IMG/VR virus record: IMGVR_UViG_3300027852_000031
Location: 102,380-166,379 of that record
Length of the DNA stretch: 64,000 nucleotides
Reading direction: 5' to 3' (one strand)
Origin: a virus
Below the pieces are notes generated by a model. It did no database searches. It was not told the DNA's origin and saw nothing but the letters and a program-made list of their open reading frames with translations. Both the position numbers and the translations under genes were made by a program. Positions 30,321 through 39,424 of this stretch are shown in pieces. How positions within the stretch are numbered: position 1 is the first letter of the stretch; each line of letters opens with the position of its first letter.

Positions 30321-30602
30321 TTAAGACCCCTTTTGTTTGTGTTCCCTCATGTCCTCAAGCATTTCGCGTCTTTCTTTCTCAACTTTTTTAAGATTTATAT
30401 CGAAGAACTCTGCTAATAATTCTTCTGTTGTCATACCAATTGGTCCGTATGTATTACTGGGCCAAGTACAAATACATAGATTGAATCTTTTCGTCCCAGC
30501 TGCCCATTCTAAAAACTCACCAATTGTCTGAGACTTATCTGCCACCGCCGCCATCTTTTCACATTCTGGATATTTGTCCATTATTAACCTACTCCATTGC
30601 AT
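30321..30602 (-). CDS. Hypothetical protein
   Basis: SQTIGEFLEW...LLAEFFDI..KKVEKERR, typical small phage ORF. Confidence 0.6.
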   Translation of the reverse strand: MQWSRLIMDKYPECEKMAAVADKSQTIGEFLEWAAGTKRFNLCICTWPSNTYGPIGMTTEELLAEFFDINLKKVEKERREMLEDMREHKQKGS

Positions 30603-30882
30603 CCAAATATTTATCGTATTGAGTAACCTTGTTCATAAAAGAAACTAGTCGTTCATATACTTCGCAGGTAAAATTGTAGCCACCAATGAATTCATGTTGG
30701 ATAAAACCAAATGCTTCTCTCATAGGAATATCACTGATCATGTGGAATGGCTGTATTTGCACAAAACATTTATTCCATTTACCAGAATCATTCTTTATGT
30801 CGACTAAGAAAAATCTACTGAGATAAGGCAATTGGCGATATCTTATTCTATATTTTCCAAATTGTATTGTGGGAGGCTTCAC
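30589..30882 (-). CDS. Hypothetical protein
   Basis: Coupled ORF. Confidence 0.5.
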   Translation of the reverse strand: MKPPTIQFGKYRIRYRQLPYLSRFFLVDIKNDSGKWNKCFVQIQPFHMISDIPMREAFGFIQHEFIGGYNFTCEVYERLVSFMNKVTQYDKYLDAME

Positions 30883-32345
30883 TAAATATCTCCTTTGGTT
30901 ATTTTATATGACAATTTAACACCACCAAATTCACCTGGTGAAATTATTGCCAATTGATTCAACACCCTCTGTCTTAAATCTACTGCTATATCCAAAACAG
31001 TTTTCAACTCATTCGATTTAACATTATCAACACTTCTGTGTGGAAATACCAACTTTAACAACCCAGATCCAATTCTAACAAGCGATCTCTGATCTCTTTG
31101 TCCCATTTTACCAAAGTCCACATTTTGCAATATGATATTTGCATAATTGCGATTTCTCATTCTATGCATTACTTCAGACAGATAGTCAGCCATAAATCCC
31201 AGATTTTTAGAAAGATTAGCTTCCCTAATTGGACCAATGCGCCATCCTGGGATAAATCCGTGTATTCGATCGAGGAATGCTCGGTCTTGACTAACAATTT
31301 GTGGAAGTGGTGAAAATAAGTTACGATATCTTACGGCGACCTCTTTTTTATCTCTGTCACAATCGATGTTACCCATAAAAGTAACAGAACAGTCGGAAGC
31401 AAACTCAGCCGTACCTCTACCAAATTTTCCCGAATTCATAAAATCTTTCAGCAAATCTATTAAATCACCTTGCCCAGACCACTTATTCGCACCACGACTA
31501 CTAGCAAATTCATCGAATGCAACCACATCCCTGTAACCAACCAAACCTAGTTGTCTCCTGAGTTTATCATAAAATAAAGATGCGACAGTAGTCTGTGATC
31601 CGGAAATCACAAATCCATAAGAACTCAACGACTGATAAGCGAATGTTTTTCCTGTCATAGTTGGGCCGAGTTCTATCATATTCACATTTGACTCAACAAA
31701 TGGAACCATCCTAACCATATATAGCCATTTTTCTTCTTCTGAAAGATTTGTTGAATCAAACCCGACACTATTGATCATTAAATCGAGCCATTCTTCGTCG
31801 GAAAATCTTTCTCGACGTTGAATCCATGTGTCCAAATCAATCCCAGTAATTTGCATTGGACGGAATTCTGTCACAAGGAATGGATATAGTTTTTTGCGTA
31901 TAACGTAAGATTCATCATACACGATTTTAAACACACCCCACGCACCAGTAGTTAATAGGGTTTCTCCGTATTCTGTGATAAGATCTGAATCTATCCGAAT
32001 ATACTGATTTCCCAGACAAGATACGTCAATCCAATATATATCTTTTCCCTCGTCGTACCTACCCCGTATTCTACCAACAAGAGTATACTCACCCTTTTCC
32101 CTTATTTCACTTTTTATCCATTCTTTTTTATCAGAATCTAGAAAATGATTATCTAATAGTCTGCCAATACGTTCAAGACCATGGATTGAATTATTGGAAT
32201 CAACCATTTCTGCTATTAAATAATCAATTACAAAAGAGGGCAATTTTTTCCATTGATCGTTCCATTTAGATATATTTTTGTCTATTATTGTCCCCTTCTC
32301 GGGAAACACCAAAGAAACCTTTTGTGTCATTGTGGTTTCAACCAT
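30882..32345 (-). CDS. BrxL-like AAA+ ATPase lacking the Lon protease domain
   Basis: NMIELGPTMTGKT, TVASLFY, GLVGYRDVVAFDE, AFLDRIHGFIPGW, GFMADYLSE. Confidence 0.85.
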   Translation of the reverse strand: MVETTMTQKVSLVFPEKGTIIDKNISKWNDQWKKLPSFVIDYLIAEMVDSNNSIHGLERIGRLLDNHFLDSDKKEWIKSEIREKGEYTLVGRIRGRYDEGKDIYWIDVSCLGNQYIRIDSDLITEYGETLLTTGAWGVFKIVYDESYVIRKKLYPFLVTEFRPMQITGIDLDTWIQRRERFSDEEWLDLMINSVGFDSTNLSEEEKWLYMVRMVPFVESNVNMIELGPTMTGKTFAYQSLSSYGFVISGSQTTVASLFYDKLRRQLGLVGYRDVVAFDEFASSRGANKWSGQGDLIDLLKDFMNSGKFGRGTAEFASDCSVTFMGNIDCDRDKKEVAVRYRNLFSPLPQIVSQDRAFLDRIHGFIPGWRIGPIREANLSKNLGFMADYLSEVMHRMRNRNYANIILQNVDFGKMGQRDQRSLVRIGSGLLKLVFPHRSVDNVKSNELKTVLDIAVDLRQRVLNQLAIISPGEFGGVKLSYKITKGDI

Positions 32346-32496
32346 TCATTTGCTCCGTTTCCGTTTTCTTGCAGGCATAGTTATTGCCTTTTCTGGCAAC
32401 CAACCATTTGTGATGTCCCCATTTATCATTCTCAACTCTTTTTATAACAACAAGCCTACCGAATTTCTTACCTGTTAAATCAATTAATTTTGACAC
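32346..32496 (-). pseudogene. Deletion remnant of an HNH homing endonuclease
   Basis: VSKLIDLTGKKFGRLVVIKRVENDKWGHHKWL joined out of frame to NGWLPEKAITMPARKRKRSK*. Confidence 0.75.
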
Positions 32497-32501
32497 AATA
32501 T

Positions 32502-32768
32502 CTACATTTCAAAAAGAGATAGGGCATCCGATCTAGTTACAACCGACTCTACAAACTCGTCTTCGTAAGGCTCGTGATGGGCCGTATTTGGCATTCTCGC
32601 AGCTTCTCCTGGCCTTTCTAAGCAAGATGCGTGTATCGAGACATAAGAACCACCAGTGGTCTCTGAGTGGACGTAATCGTGTTCTGACGGCCCGCAGAAT
32701 TTTACTCTACTGCCATAAAAAACATAGTCGCCAGGCGCAATAGCCAATTTGCATATTGGACATTCCAT
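32502..32768 (-). CDS. Zinc-finger hypothetical protein
   Basis: CPIC...HASC. Confidence 0.55.
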   Translation of the reverse strand: MECPICKLAIAPGDYVFYGSRVKFCGPSEHDYVHSETTGGSYVSIHASCLERPGEAARMPNTAHHEPYEDEFVESVVTRSDALSLFEM

Positions 32769-33063
32769 ATACTTTTAACTCACTATTATTCCACTACAGC
32801 GAATATCGATAATTCTGACACGATAAATATCTTTTAATCTTTGATATCACTACGATGCAATCATGACTAATAATATTCTTAGATATTCCAAGGTTGATCG
32901 AGACTCTAGTGCATGACAGAGAATATATATAACAACACAAAGATCTCAAGATTATCGATGATGATATACTAACAAGAGTTTACTATAAGTAGAGTCAGAA
33001 ATCAAGAAAGTGTTCCAACAAAAATATAAAAAGTTGAATAAAATCATGTTTTACCACTAGATC

Positions 33064-33576
33064 TTAATCTTTTGAAGCTGTACTATGTTTTAAAAGCATA
33101 TCGATGGCGTCTTGATTTAAAGCAGCTTCTTCGTCGTTCATGTGGTGGATAATAGATATTCCATTTAAATGATCTATTTCATGTTGCCATATTCTGGTTG
33201 TTAATTGATTTCCAACGAACTGAACTGGTCTGCCGTTGATTCCTGTTCCTCGCAACACAGCAGACGTGGATCGTTCTATAGTAACATGAATCCCAGGGAA
33301 AGATAGACACCCCTCTTGCGATAAAGACGATCCAGTAACTCCTCGCAACTCTGGGTTCCAAATTGCCTGAACACAACCTTGGTCTAACCATACGAACATT
33401 CTAATATTAAATCCCACCTGTGGTGCCGATAACCCACACCCACGTTTTTTTCTCATGACTTTAAACATTTTAGACACTAACCTGATTCTCTCTTCTTGTA
33501 ATTTATTGTCTACTTTATCATTTACAGGTTGGCATATTTGCGTCAATATCGCGTCAGGATAAACTCTAAGTTTCAT
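33064..33576 (-). CDS. def: Peptide deformylase
   Basis: GCGLSAPQVG, EGCLS, QHEIDHL. Confidence 0.95.
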   Translation of the reverse strand: MKLRVYPDAILTQICQPVNDKVDNKLQEERIRLVSKMFKVMRKKRGCGLSAPQVGFNIRMFVWLDQGCVQAIWNPELRGVTGSSLSQEGCLSFPGIHVTIERSTSAVLRGTGINGRPVQFVGNQLTTRIWQHEIDHLNGISIIHHMNDEEAALNQDAIDMLLKHSTASKD

Positions 33577-33862
33577 TTGTATTTCTCCATGCCCTACTCT
33601 GTGTTTCTGTTGCCAACTTTTTGTGTCTTGCAGATCTATATTTTCTGGAGAGTAATGTACCAGTTATTCTTTTCGCAGCACTACCTATCAATAGTTTAGT
33701 TATGGGACCATGAGCGCGGATTGCTTCTCTCAATCCACCTACTATAATCATATTAATTTTTTGTCTGTCTGTTCGTTTCTTTTTCACTTGAACCTCAATT
33801 CTAAAGAATATACACGACAAACTGGGATGAACATACAAACGCGACGGACCACCGCGCAAAGT

Positions 33863-34213
33863 CTAACAATCATGTATTTGCTGGTCCCAACCAGAGTATT
33901 TAATTTTCACAGGATATTTAGACAACAATTTATGACAATTTTTACATGGCTTGGCCATCGATAATCCTTTTTTATTTATTCTTATGACCAATATTGTAAT
34001 ACCCCTAAATCTATCAAAGGCATTTAATTTGTGCAATTTATTTATTAGTGCTTCTTCGGCATGTTGGGTGAATTTTTTTGATTGGCCATCAATTCTACGA
34101 TTATGCGCTGTAGCTATGATTTCGCCAGACGAAGCGAACGCCACTGCTGATACTTTTGCCCTTCTGACATTAGAATATTTTGCGGCTTTTACGGCTTTTT
34201 CAGGTACGAGCAT
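33863..34213 (-). CDS. Zinc-dependent cytidine/deoxycytidylate deaminase-fold protein
   Basis: HAE...KPCKNC. Confidence 0.75.
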   Translation of the reverse strand: MLVPEKAVKAAKYSNVRRAKVSAVAFASSGEIIATAHNRRIDGQSKKFTQHAEEALINKLHKLNAFDRFRGITILVIRINKKGLSMAKPCKNCHKLLSKYPVKIKYSGWDQQIHDC

Positions 34214-34224
34214 ATCTAATCAAC

Positions 34225-34593
34225 TTATTGTTTATGATTTTGTTTGATAGTTGCTTTTATCGCATTAATCATTGGTAATACTTTATTATGTTTATTAAAT
34301 TTGTTATATGGAGATTCTATAGTGTCACATGATCCGCTATACTTTCCTAACGGACATTTATCACAATCATCATGGTAATGCACACATAGAGCACAAGTAT
34401 CAGCGTTTATATAAAATTCATTATAATCCTTATCTTCTAAGAAGTAACCCCCATATAGTTTAATACTGTGTTTCCTAAGATTACGCCTTAGAAGGCCAGT
34501 CCATTTTTTGAGCGAATGTCTCAAAGCATATCTTTTAGAACATTTTTTCGCAGGTGTCCTGTAAAATTCACGTTTCCAAGATGCAAGACTCAT
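34225..34593 (-). CDS. Cys-rich hypothetical protein (paralogue of 44014-44400)
   Basis: WKREFY..., TCALC..., C..CPL. Confidence 0.7.
   Translation of the reverse strand: MSLASWKREFYRTPAKKCSKRYALRHSLKKWTGLLRRNLRKHSIKLYGGYFLEDKDYNEFYINADTCALCVHYHDDCDKCPLGKYSGSCDTIESPYNKFNKHNKVLPMINAIKATIKQNHKQ
34469..34554. repeat. 86-bp exact direct repeat, copy 1 (copy 2 at 44276-44361)
   Basis: Base-by-base comparison; near-identity extends to both start codons. Confidence 0.9.
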
Positions 34594-34597
34594 GATA

Positions 34598-35239
34598 TTA
34601 CTCCCGTGGTCTGTGTTTGTTTTTCCATGATTTTGGTTTTGTGGTCAATGCTTTTTTTGTTGACCACCCCCTATTAAGTCTGTCCGATATTATACCAGGT
34701 TTGATCTGATAATGTTCTCCCCATGCAGATAGACATTTTGTTTCACTATTAAACGTTATTAATCTATTATTTCTTTTGTTCCTAGCTTGTTCTTTGTGCG
34801 TTGCCCATCTACAGTTTGTTTTGTTATATCCTTTATTGTTATTTTTCCTATCTAATGAGTGGTGTTTTGTGGGAGGGTGGCCCATGTCTGATAGAAAATT
34901 TTCGAATTTATGCCATTTTTTATGAACACGGATACCCCTGCCACCCCACTGAGAATATTTCTCGTATTTTTTATTGTGGCATCTATTCAACATAGCTGCC
35001 CAAGCGCGATAAACTTGTGTTCGGTTGTTAACTCTATTATTACCATGTTTTAAATTATTACCATTCTTTTTGATACATCCACAGCTTTTTGTACTACCGT
35101 TTCTTAGACTTGATCCTTCTGTGGTTTTTATTTACCCACATTCACATCGACACATCCATCGTGGGGAACCCCACTTGTTATTGGATGCTCTTTGTATAAC
35201 TGTTAGTTTGCCAAATTTTTTATTGGTTAGGTTAAACAC
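34598..35239 (-). pseudogene. HNH homing endonuclease with in-frame TAA
   Basis: VFNLTNKKFGKLTV...CECG*IKT...SCGC...GGRGI...SLDRKNN...NCRWAT; TAA at 35132-35134. Confidence 0.82.
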
Positions 35240-35426
35240 GGAATGTTTTCCCAATACTTGGATGTCTTTTGACTTCCTCTACAATCCATGCTCTTAGACG
35301 AGCTTCTATTTTTTCTAGAGATTCTTTTGAAACTCTGGTGATAGGCATTCCGGGCCGTATACTGGAAAACTTAGCCAGGATAAATTTTTTAGTTTGTATT
35401 TGGTTCAATATACTAGCCATTATCAT
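35232..35426 (-). CDS. Small histone-fold-like protein
   Basis: helix-RVS-long helix (KESLEKIEARLRAWIVEEVKRH)-GKT pattern. Confidence 0.55.
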   Translation of the reverse strand: MIMASILNQIQTKKFILAKFSSIRPGMPITRVSKESLEKIEARLRAWIVEEVKRHPSIGKTFRV

Positions 35427-35441
35427 CCCCTTTGTTCCATA

Positions 35442-35642
35442 CTAATTTCTTTCTAACCTACGATTCTTTAGCACTGATCGTTGTCTATATTCTGGCTTTT
35501 GTTTTGTGGAGGATGTTGTTCCTAGAGACTCTTCTATTTCTTTCATAAACCTATCGCACTCGGGACCGACGAATCCTTCACCATCGACCGAACAGTTTCC
35601 ATCATTATCTATTTCTATTATAATGTGTTTTTGTTTTGTCAT
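35442..35642 (-). CDS. DUF2997-family protein
   Basis: IIIEIDNDGNCSVDGEGFVGPEC...IEESLG...KPEY. Confidence 0.8.
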   Translation of the reverse strand: MTKQKHIIIEIDNDGNCSVDGEGFVGPECDRFMKEIEESLGTTSSTKQKPEYRQRSVLKNRRLERN

Positions 35643-35941
35643 GTATATTTCCCCAATAATTGTTGAGCGAACAGGACTTTTCCGGCCTTAACACCTTCTC
35701 TATAGGAATCTGAATGATCTGCACAATATTTTTGTATATCTGATTTAGATTGATACGATTGCTTAGATTCTTGCTCTATTATATCTATCATTTTCGATGT
35801 TTTTTGGCAGTTAAGTTGAAGCATTGTTTTTAGTTCTGCTGCTATCGCGATAGCAGTTACTTCTGGGAGAGTGTAGTCATTGGCTGTACACCAGTCTTTG
35901 ACCCTTATTAATGCTTGTTTTGTAAATTCACTATCCATCAT
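35639..35941 (-). CDS. Hypothetical protein
   Basis: Coupled ORF. Confidence 0.5.
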   Translation of the reverse strand: MMDSEFTKQALIRVKDWCTANDYTLPEVTAIAIAAELKTMLQLNCQKTSKMIDIIEQESKQSYQSKSDIQKYCADHSDSYREGVKAGKVLFAQQLLGKYT

Positions 35942-36182
35942 AATATTTACCTCCTGGAGAAAATTCTTTTATTTCAAAGTTTATAGCGGATTGCCGACTA
36001 GTATTTTGATGTAATACTTCTCCCCCTAGAGATAATACTTCCCACATCTGTTCGGTCTCATTAAACTCAACATTACTAGCCTTACGAACATCTGTTATTA
36101 AACCAACAGAGAATAAATCGATCTCATCTGTATATAGTCCAGAAAGATTACCTTGATTGTCAATGTCAAAAGTTATTTTCAT
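35931..36182 (-). CDS. Conserved hypothetical protein (recalled neighbour of DUF1257/DUF2997 genes)
   Basis: IDNQG..GLYTDEIDL...RKASNVEF...W...SRQSAINFE. Confidence 0.6.
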   Translation of the reverse strand: MKITFDIDNQGNLSGLYTDEIDLFSVGLITDVRKASNVEFNETEQMWEVLSLGGEVLHQNTSRQSAINFEIKEFSPGGKYYDG

Positions 36183-36186
36183 AATA

Positions 36187-36480
36187 TTATTCTCTAGTCA
36201 TCTTCGTATCACCACAGTGCATATTATACAGTTCGATAGCACCATCTCTTATATCCAGAATTAAATTAACAGCCAATCTTTCCGCATCTCTTCGAGCTTG
36301 TCTGATAGTTTTTCTCATTGGGCCTTCTAATTTGTAAGATGTTCCAAGATAAGCAGAACCTCTAAAATATTGACATTGACACCAATCTGGACGGCATGAG
36401 AGACAAATATCGTGCCATTCAGCTTTTGATACAGATCGAGAAAATGTATATACCCATTTTTTTGTCAGCTTGATTTTCAT
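36187..36480 (-). CDS. Hypothetical protein
   Basis: Coupled ORF. Confidence 0.5.
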   Translation of the reverse strand: MKIKLTKKWVYTFSRSVSKAEWHDICLSCRPDWCQCQYFRGSAYLGTSYKLEGPMRKTIRQARRDAERLAVNLILDIRDGAIELYNMHCGDTKMTRE

Positions 36481-37853
36481 CAGTTACTCCTTGGCAACGT
36501 TTCTTCTAGAGAAAGTGGGCTTACTACCACATGGGATACATGACTTCTTAGTTCGTTAAGATTATATGCGCCACCCATTGCAAGACCGGATTTTATTCCC
36601 ATAACAAGTCTAGACACAACATCATATGTAGATCCATTATTATGTGTAGGAATTTCAACACCTTCCTCTGCTCTATCGTGCCTGTTGGATGCCTGACAGG
36701 TACTCATACCTCTATATATATGTCTTCCGTCCATCATGGGGGTAGCGTCTGTGCCGGAAAGAAGATATCCGATCATACATATATCAGCACCACCCCATAT
36801 GGCTTTGACCATATCTCCGCTTTGTCTTATTCCTCCGTCTGCTATAATTGTTACTTCTGGATATGTGTTCTTCAGTGCTGTATTTACATCCATAATAGCG
36901 GATAATTCTGGAATTCCAAAGCCAGAAACAATCCTTGTTGTGCAAATTGCACCTGATCCGATTCCAACCTTAATGGCTTCTACACCTCGTTTAGCCAGTC
37001 CGATAGCTGCGCACGGCGTACACACGTTACCGGCCATAAGTATAAATGGATATTGATTTTTAATACCAATTATTTCTTCAATGCGTTGGTGCATAAGTTG
37101 ATGGTCGGCATGGGCTACATCTAAACATATCACAGAACACCCATTATCTACCAATTTTTTTATATGATCTAAATTATTGTTCCTAATACCTACTGCGCAG
37201 CCCACAACATTAGCATTATTCTGAACAGCCTGTTTAATTTCCTTCACTTGTCTGGCTTGCTCGTCTATTGTATTCATATTCATATAGCGTGTTAATATCC
37301 CCAAACCTCCAGCAGAAGACATGGCACACAACATTTCTGGCCCAGATATAGTATCCATCGGAGATGAAATAATTGGAATTCGCAACTTGATATGTCCTAT
37401 TTTGGTGGATATATCTGGTGTTGTTCTGGAAACTAAATCTGAATATCTAGGGATCAAAAGTATGTCGTTAAAACAAAGTTTGGTATTATTGGTTTGTGTC
37501 GGTGTGGTCAATGTTCTTTCTATAGACCATCCTCTGTTGAGTCTTTCTTTGATTGTAGTAGAATTTATGTTAACAGATTTCGACCAATCTTTGAGACACT
37601 GTGTAACGCCATGGAATGTCAACAGGTGATTGTTTCTTTTGTTTTTGTTTTGCTGTTTCGCTGCATGTTGTTTTTGTAGGCATCCACAGCTTTTTGTATG
37701 ACCATTTTTTATAGAACTACCACGGACTATCGTTATGTACCCGCAGTCACACCTACATTCCCATACTGTATTTTTTTTGTTATCACGACCTGCACATTTT
37801 AGTACGGTGAGATTATTGATTTTTTCCCCAGATAAGTCTAGTTTCTTTGGCAT
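36480..37853 (-). CDS. IMP dehydrogenase/GMP reductase fused to N-terminal HNH-endonuclease-derived domains
   Basis: FNDILLIP, IISSPMDT, LDVAH, AGNV, KVGIGSGAICTT, IIADGG, YRGM; no CBS pair; N-terminal about 120 aa matches HNH family termini. Confidence 0.88.
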   Translation of the reverse strand: MPKKLDLSGEKINNLTVLKCAGRDNKKNTVWECRCDCGYITIVRGSSIKNGHTKSCGCLQKQHAAKQQNKNKRNNHLLTFHGVTQCLKDWSKSVNINSTTIKERLNRGWSIERTLTTPTQTNNTKLCFNDILLIPRYSDLVSRTTPDISTKIGHIKLRIPIISSPMDTISGPEMLCAMSSAGGLGILTRYMNMNTIDEQARQVKEIKQAVQNNANVVGCAVGIRNNNLDHIKKLVDNGCSVICLDVAHADHQLMHQRIEEIIGIKNQYPFILMAGNVCTPCAAIGLAKRGVEAIKVGIGSGAICTTRIVSGFGIPELSAIMDVNTALKNTYPEVTIIADGGIRQSGDMVKAIWGGADICMIGYLLSGTDATPMMDGRHIYRGMSTCQASNRHDRAEEGVEIPTHNNGSTYDVVSRLVMGIKSGLAMGGAYNLNELRSHVSHVVVSPLSLEETLPRSN

Positions 37854-38038
37854 TATATATTAAACCCCAATTATATCTAGTAATTCACCTATTGTGTCGA
37901 ATTGCCTATTGTCTTTTTCTAAACCATTTACTTCAATGATTATTTTACCGCTTCCATCACTGAAAAATACTAAACTATATTCTTTTCCAAATTTATATTC
38001 AATTGCATAAAGTAAATTTTTTATTGGAAACACCTCCA

Positions 38039-38452
38039 TTATCTATATCCCCTTATCTCCACCCTCTGCCGACCATTTGGTAATCGCGTTCGCGACACAC
38101 GTCTACCCCTCGCTTCTTGGTCTCGCCTTAGTTTATGAAAAGCGTAATTACCCTTCAATTCACCAACCCATTCTTTACCATATTTACGCTGGTCATATTC
38201 GGATATGATGGCCTCATAGTTGCCTTCGACATTTTGTGAGAAACCCATATCATTAGATGCACTACCAACAAATCTTTTTCTTATAATAATGGTTGCGGTT
38301 TCTGATCTCATATCTCCAGCATAACCGAATAAGTGTTGTGGCTGGCAATGAACCTCAACCTGTTCTTGAGTCCATTGGCCAGTTTCCATTAAGGCGTCGA
38401 CCAACGCTGCAGCATCTTTAAATTGTGTTTGTACGGTAGCATAGCGACTCAT
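38039..38452 (-). CDS. DUF1257 (Ycf35-like) protein
   Basis: MSRYATVQTQFKD..ALVDAL, SNDMGF, YEAIISEYD. Confidence 0.8.
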   Translation of the reverse strand: MSRYATVQTQFKDAAALVDALMETGQWTQEQVEVHCQPQHLFGYAGDMRSETATIIIRKRFVGSASNDMGFSQNVEGNYEAIISEYDQRKYGKEWVGELKGNYAFHKLRRDQEARGRRVSRTRLPNGRQRVEIRGYR

Positions 38453-39076
38453 TTATTTTCCCCTATTTCTAACTGGTGTTGTTAATGCCTTTTTTGTTGA
38501 CCATTTTAACGTAACCAACCTGTGCCATAGAGTTTTTTGACTTATACCAATTTCATTTGCCCATGCAGCAAGACACTGTGTTTTGTTGCTAAAAGTAACC
38601 ATATGGTTGCTGCGCATATTTCCTTGTTGTTGTTTTCTGGTTGCCCAACGACAATTTGATTTATAATACCCATTATCGTTGTTTATCCGATCAATTGAAT
38701 GTTTTTTGCTTGGTGGTTCCCCCATGTCTTTTAGGAAATTCTCAAATTCCATCCATGTTTCACAAATGATTATCCCCCTGCCACCATATGATGGATATGA
38801 TTTATCTTTTTTATTACAACATCTTTGCTTTATGTGGCTCCATGCGTAGTATGCCTGAGATGTACTGTCATTTATTGTGTGCCCATGTTTGATGCGCAGA
38901 CATCCGCAACTTTTGGTATTACCGGTTTTCAGATCAGATCCGTTTACTGTAACTTGTCGTCCACATTCGCATTTACATAACCAACGAGAACCTCCGTTTT
39001 TGTTTTTATTTATATATTTTATTACTACCAACTTGTTAAATTGTTTCTCAGTTAAATCAACTCGCAATTTGGCCAT
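38453..39076 (-). CDS. Intact HNH-type homing endonuclease
   Basis: DLTEKQFNKL, CKCECG, SCGC, YGGRGI, SIDRINN, NCRWAT. Confidence 0.85.
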   Translation of the reverse strand: MAKLRVDLTEKQFNKLVVIKYINKNKNGGSRWLCKCECGRQVTVNGSDLKTGNTKSCGCLRIKHGHTINDSTSQAYYAWSHIKQRCCNKKDKSYPSYGGRGIIICETWMEFENFLKDMGEPPSKKHSIDRINNDNGYYKSNCRWATRKQQQGNMRSNHMVTFSNKTQCLAAWANEIGISQKTLWHRLVTLKWSTKKALTTPVRNRGK

Positions 39077-39160
39077 CAAAGTTTCCACATTACGTTTTGC
39101 CACAATCGATACCAACTGCGTATACTATTGGTGTTTCCATTTTATATTCCTACAATATTA

Positions 39161-39406
39161 TCATCTTGGAAGAATTTTAACAGGCTTAAGTGCGACAATA
39201 ACTCTTGGTGCATCCTTGCATGGGTCTAAAGATGAATTGAGACGATCAAGTTCTGCGCATACACCGCCATCTATCCTACAATTAAGAGACGTGAAGATTT
39301 TGGTATCCAATTCAATACTACCATCTTCTAGTAGATAACCAGTGGCATAAGCGGTTCTTTTTTCATAACAACTACTAAGATTAACTTTTGGTTTGCGATT
39401 ACACAT
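39161..39406 (-). CDS. Hypothetical protein
   Basis: GGAG RBS; co-oriented. Confidence 0.5.
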   Translation of the reverse strand: MCNRKPKVNLSSCYEKRTAYATGYLLEDGSIELDTKIFTSLNCRIDGGVCAELDRLNSSLDPCKDAPRVIVALKPVKILPR

Positions 39407-39424
39407 ACAATATCTCCAATAATA

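Noticed and set aside
30882-32345. Complete BREX defence system
   Set aside because: Only the BrxL-like gene is present
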